From Eledone cirrhosa (lineage: Eukaryota), in assembly GCA_964016885.1 (NCBI GenBank), contig OZ024752.1, forward strand, positions 8,432,001-8,496,000: a DNA stretch of 64,000 nt. The letters are read 5' to 3'. Numbering within the stretch: position 1 is the first letter of the stretch; the number at the start of each line of letters is the position of its first letter. Positions 60,701 to 64,000 of this stretch are shown piece after piece. The position numbers and the translations under genes are program-made. Under the pieces are notes generated by a model that had not been told where the DNA came from, did no database searches, and was given only the letters and a program-made list of their open reading frames with translations.

Positions 60701-63700
60701 AGACCCAAGATGACTTGGGATGAGGTGATAAAAGCCGACCTTACCCAACTACACCTCTCAAAGTCAATGACACACGACCGTGACTTCTGGCGTCACGCAG
60801 TAATACAGGGTACCCGACCTCCCATGGGTACATGCTGAAGCATATAAACAATATGCCCCCCCCCCCCCACCGCAAGGTGGTCGTGGAGGTGCCACGGCAA
60901 AAAAGCACCCAGCCCACACTGTAAAGTGGACGTGTAGGCGCCACGAAAAAGCACCCAGCACTCACTGTAAATGAGGTTGGTGTTAGGAAGGGCATCCAGC
61001 TGTAGAAATCAAGCCAGATCAGTTCCTGTATGAGCAAGGCATGGTCAGCCGACCAGACACTGCCCACAACAGGACAACCCGTCTAACCCATGCTAGCGTG
61101 GAAGAACGGACGTAAAACGGTGATGATGATGATGATGATGGGACATAATACTGTCACCTTACTGGGGATAGTGTATATATTGATGGGACATACTTAATAC
61201 TGTCACCTTACTGGGGATAGTGTATATATTGATGGACATACTAAATACCGTCACCTTACTGGGGATAGTGTATATATTGATGGGACATACTAAATACCGT
61301 CACCTTACTGGGGATAGTGTATATATTGATGGGACATACTTAATACTGTCACCTAACTGGGGATAGTGTATATATTGATGGGACATACTAAATACTGTCA
61401 CTTTACTGGAGATAGTGTATATATTGATGGGACATACTAAATACTGTCACCTTACTGGGGATAAGAGAAATATTGATGGGACATACTTAATACTGTCACC
61501 TTACTGAGGATAGTGTATATATTGATGGGACATACTAAATACCGTCACCTTACTGGGGATAATATATATATTGATGGGACACATTTAATACTGTCACCTT
61601 ACTGGGGATACTGTATATATTGATGGGACATACTAAATACTGTCACCTTACTGGGGATAGTGTATATATTGATGGGGCATACTTAATACTGTCACCTTAC
61701 TGGGGATAGTGTATATATTGATGGGGCATACTTAATACTGTCACCTTACTGGGGATAATATATATATTGATGGGACATAATACTGTCACATTACTGGGGA
61801 TAGTGTATATATTGATGGGACATACTAAATACCGTCACCTTACTGGGGATAGTGTATATATTGATGGGACATACTAAATACCGTCACCTTACTGGGGATA
61901 ATATATATATTGATGGGACATACTAAATACTGTCACCTTACCGGGGATAGTGTATATATTGATGGGACATACTAAATACTATCACCTTACTGGGGATAAT
62001 ATAAATATTGATGGGACATACTAAATACTGTCACCTTACTGGGGATAATATATATATTGATGGGACATACTAAATACTGCCACCTTACTGGGGATAATAT
62101 ATATATTGATGGGACATACTAAATACTGCCACCTTACTGGGGATGGTATATATATTGATGGGACATACTAAATACTGTCACCTTACTGGGGATGGTATAT
62201 ATATTGATGGGACATACTAAATACTGTCACCTTACTGGGGATAGTGTATATATTGATGGGACATACTTAATACCGTCACCTTACTGGGGATGGTATATAT
62301 ATTGATGGGACATACTAAATACTGTCACCTTACTGGGGATAGTGTATATATTGATGGGACATACTTAATACCGTCACCTTACTGGGGCTAATATATATAT
62401 TGGTGGGACATACTTCATACTGTCACCTTACTGGGGATAATATATATATTGATGGGACATACTTAATACCGTCACCTTACTGGGGGTAATATATATATTG
62501 GTGGGACATACTTAATACTGTCACCTTAATGTATATATTGATGGGACATACTAAATACTGTCACCTTACTGTATATATTGATGGGACATACTAAATATTG
62601 TCACCTTACTGGGGATAGTATATATATTGATGGGACATACTAAATACTGTCACTTTAGTGGGGATAATATATATATTGATGGGACACAATACTGTCACCT
62701 TACAGGGGATAATATATATATTGATGGGAGATGCTTAATACTGTCACCTTACTGGGGATAGTGTATATATTGATGGGACATACTAAATACTGTCACCTTA
62801 CTGGGGATAGTGTATATATTGATGGGACATACTAAATACCGTCACCTTACTGGGGATAGGGTATATATTGATGGGACATACTAAATACCGTCACCTTACT
62901 GGGGATAATATATATATTGATGGGACATACTAAATACTGTCACCTTACCGGGGATAGTGTATATATTGATGGGACATACTAAATACTATCACCTTACTGG
63001 GGATAATATAAATATTGATGGGACATACTAAATACTGTCACCTTACTGGGGATAATATATATATTGATGGGACATACTAAATACTGCCACCTTACTGGGG
63101 ATAATATATATATTGATGGGACATACTAAATACTGCCACCTTACTGGGGATGGTATATATATATTGATGGGACATACTAAATACTGTCACCTTACTGGGG
63201 ATGGTATATATATTGATGGGACATACTAAATACTGTCACCTTACTGGGGATAGTGTATATATTGATGGGACATACTTAATACCGTCACCTTACTGGGGCT
63301 AATATATATATTGGTGGGACATACTTCATACTGTCACCTTACTGGGGATAATATATATATTGATGGGACATACTTAATACCGTCACCTTACTGGGGGTAA
63401 TATATATATTGGTGGGACATACTTAATACTGTCACCTTAATGTATATATTGATGGGACATACTAAATACTGTCACCTTACTGTATATATTGATGGGACAT
63501 ACTAAATATTGTCACCTTACTGGGGATAGTATATGTATTGATGGGACATACTAAATACTGTCACTTTAGTGGGGATAATATATATATTGATGGGACACAA
63601 TACTGTCACCTTACAGGGGATAATATATATATTGATGGGAGATGCTTAATACTGTCACCTTACTGGGGATAGTGTATATATTGATGGGACATACTAAATA

Positions 63701-64000
63701 CTGTCACCTTACTGGGGGTAATATATATATTGGTGGGACATACTTAATACCGTCACCTTACTGGGGGTAATATATATATTGGTGGGACATACTTAATACT
63801 GTCACCTTAATGTATATATTGATGGGACATACTAAATACTGTCACCTTACTGTATATATTGATGGGACATACTAAATATTGTCACCTTACTGGGGATAGT
63901 ATATGTATTGATGGGACATACTAAATACTGTCACTTTAGTGGGGATAATATATATATTGATGGGACACAATACTGTCACCTTACAGGGGATAATATATAT
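51716..64000. repeat. 49-bp satellite, >12 kb, runs off the window, interrupted by a LINE at 60038-61140; probably intronic to the USP36-like gene
   Basis: Unit ctgtcaccttactggggatagtgtatatattgatgggacatactaaata. Confidence 0.98.
60038..61140 (+). mobile_element. RTE LINE 3' fragment (1.1 kb) inserted in the 49-bp satellite
   Basis: Colinear with 12612-13714 at a constant offset of 47426; the shared ORF translations are identical; (GAT)n tail. Confidence 0.95.

Noticed and set aside
51716-64000. CRISPR-like regular array
   Set aside because: Head-to-tail tandem units without unique spacers, no cas genes, eukaryotic context; the same applies to the other arrays

Overview
Eukaryotic, AT-rich, repeat-dense animal DNA. 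The SINE/LINE repertoire and (TA)n/(GAT)n richness suggest an octopus-like cephalopod (inference). Two spliced genes lie on the minus strand: a complete 9-exon C9orf78/TLS1 splicing-factor gene (ATG 27433 to stop 4132, 295 aa) and the last four coding exons of a USP36-like deubiquitinase (49425-43074), whose 5' part lies beyond the window. The introns and intergenic DNA contain RTE-clade LINEs, including a nearly full-length 1006-aa APE-RT ORF with a PHD-type finger inside the RT region and two apparently identical young copies. They also contain a decayed Penelope-like RT/GIY-YIG element, tRNA-derived SINEs, TTAA piggyBac-type MITEs and large satellites (30/32 bp over ~10.7 kb; 49 bp over >12 kb; plus 29, 32, 33, 48 and 55 bp arrays). 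The most striking unexplained structure is a set of short fold-back elements embedded in (TA)n tracts. They carry hammerhead-ribozyme parts and appear to turn around at the ribozyme's stem II, and one abuts the 5' end of the Penelope ORF.
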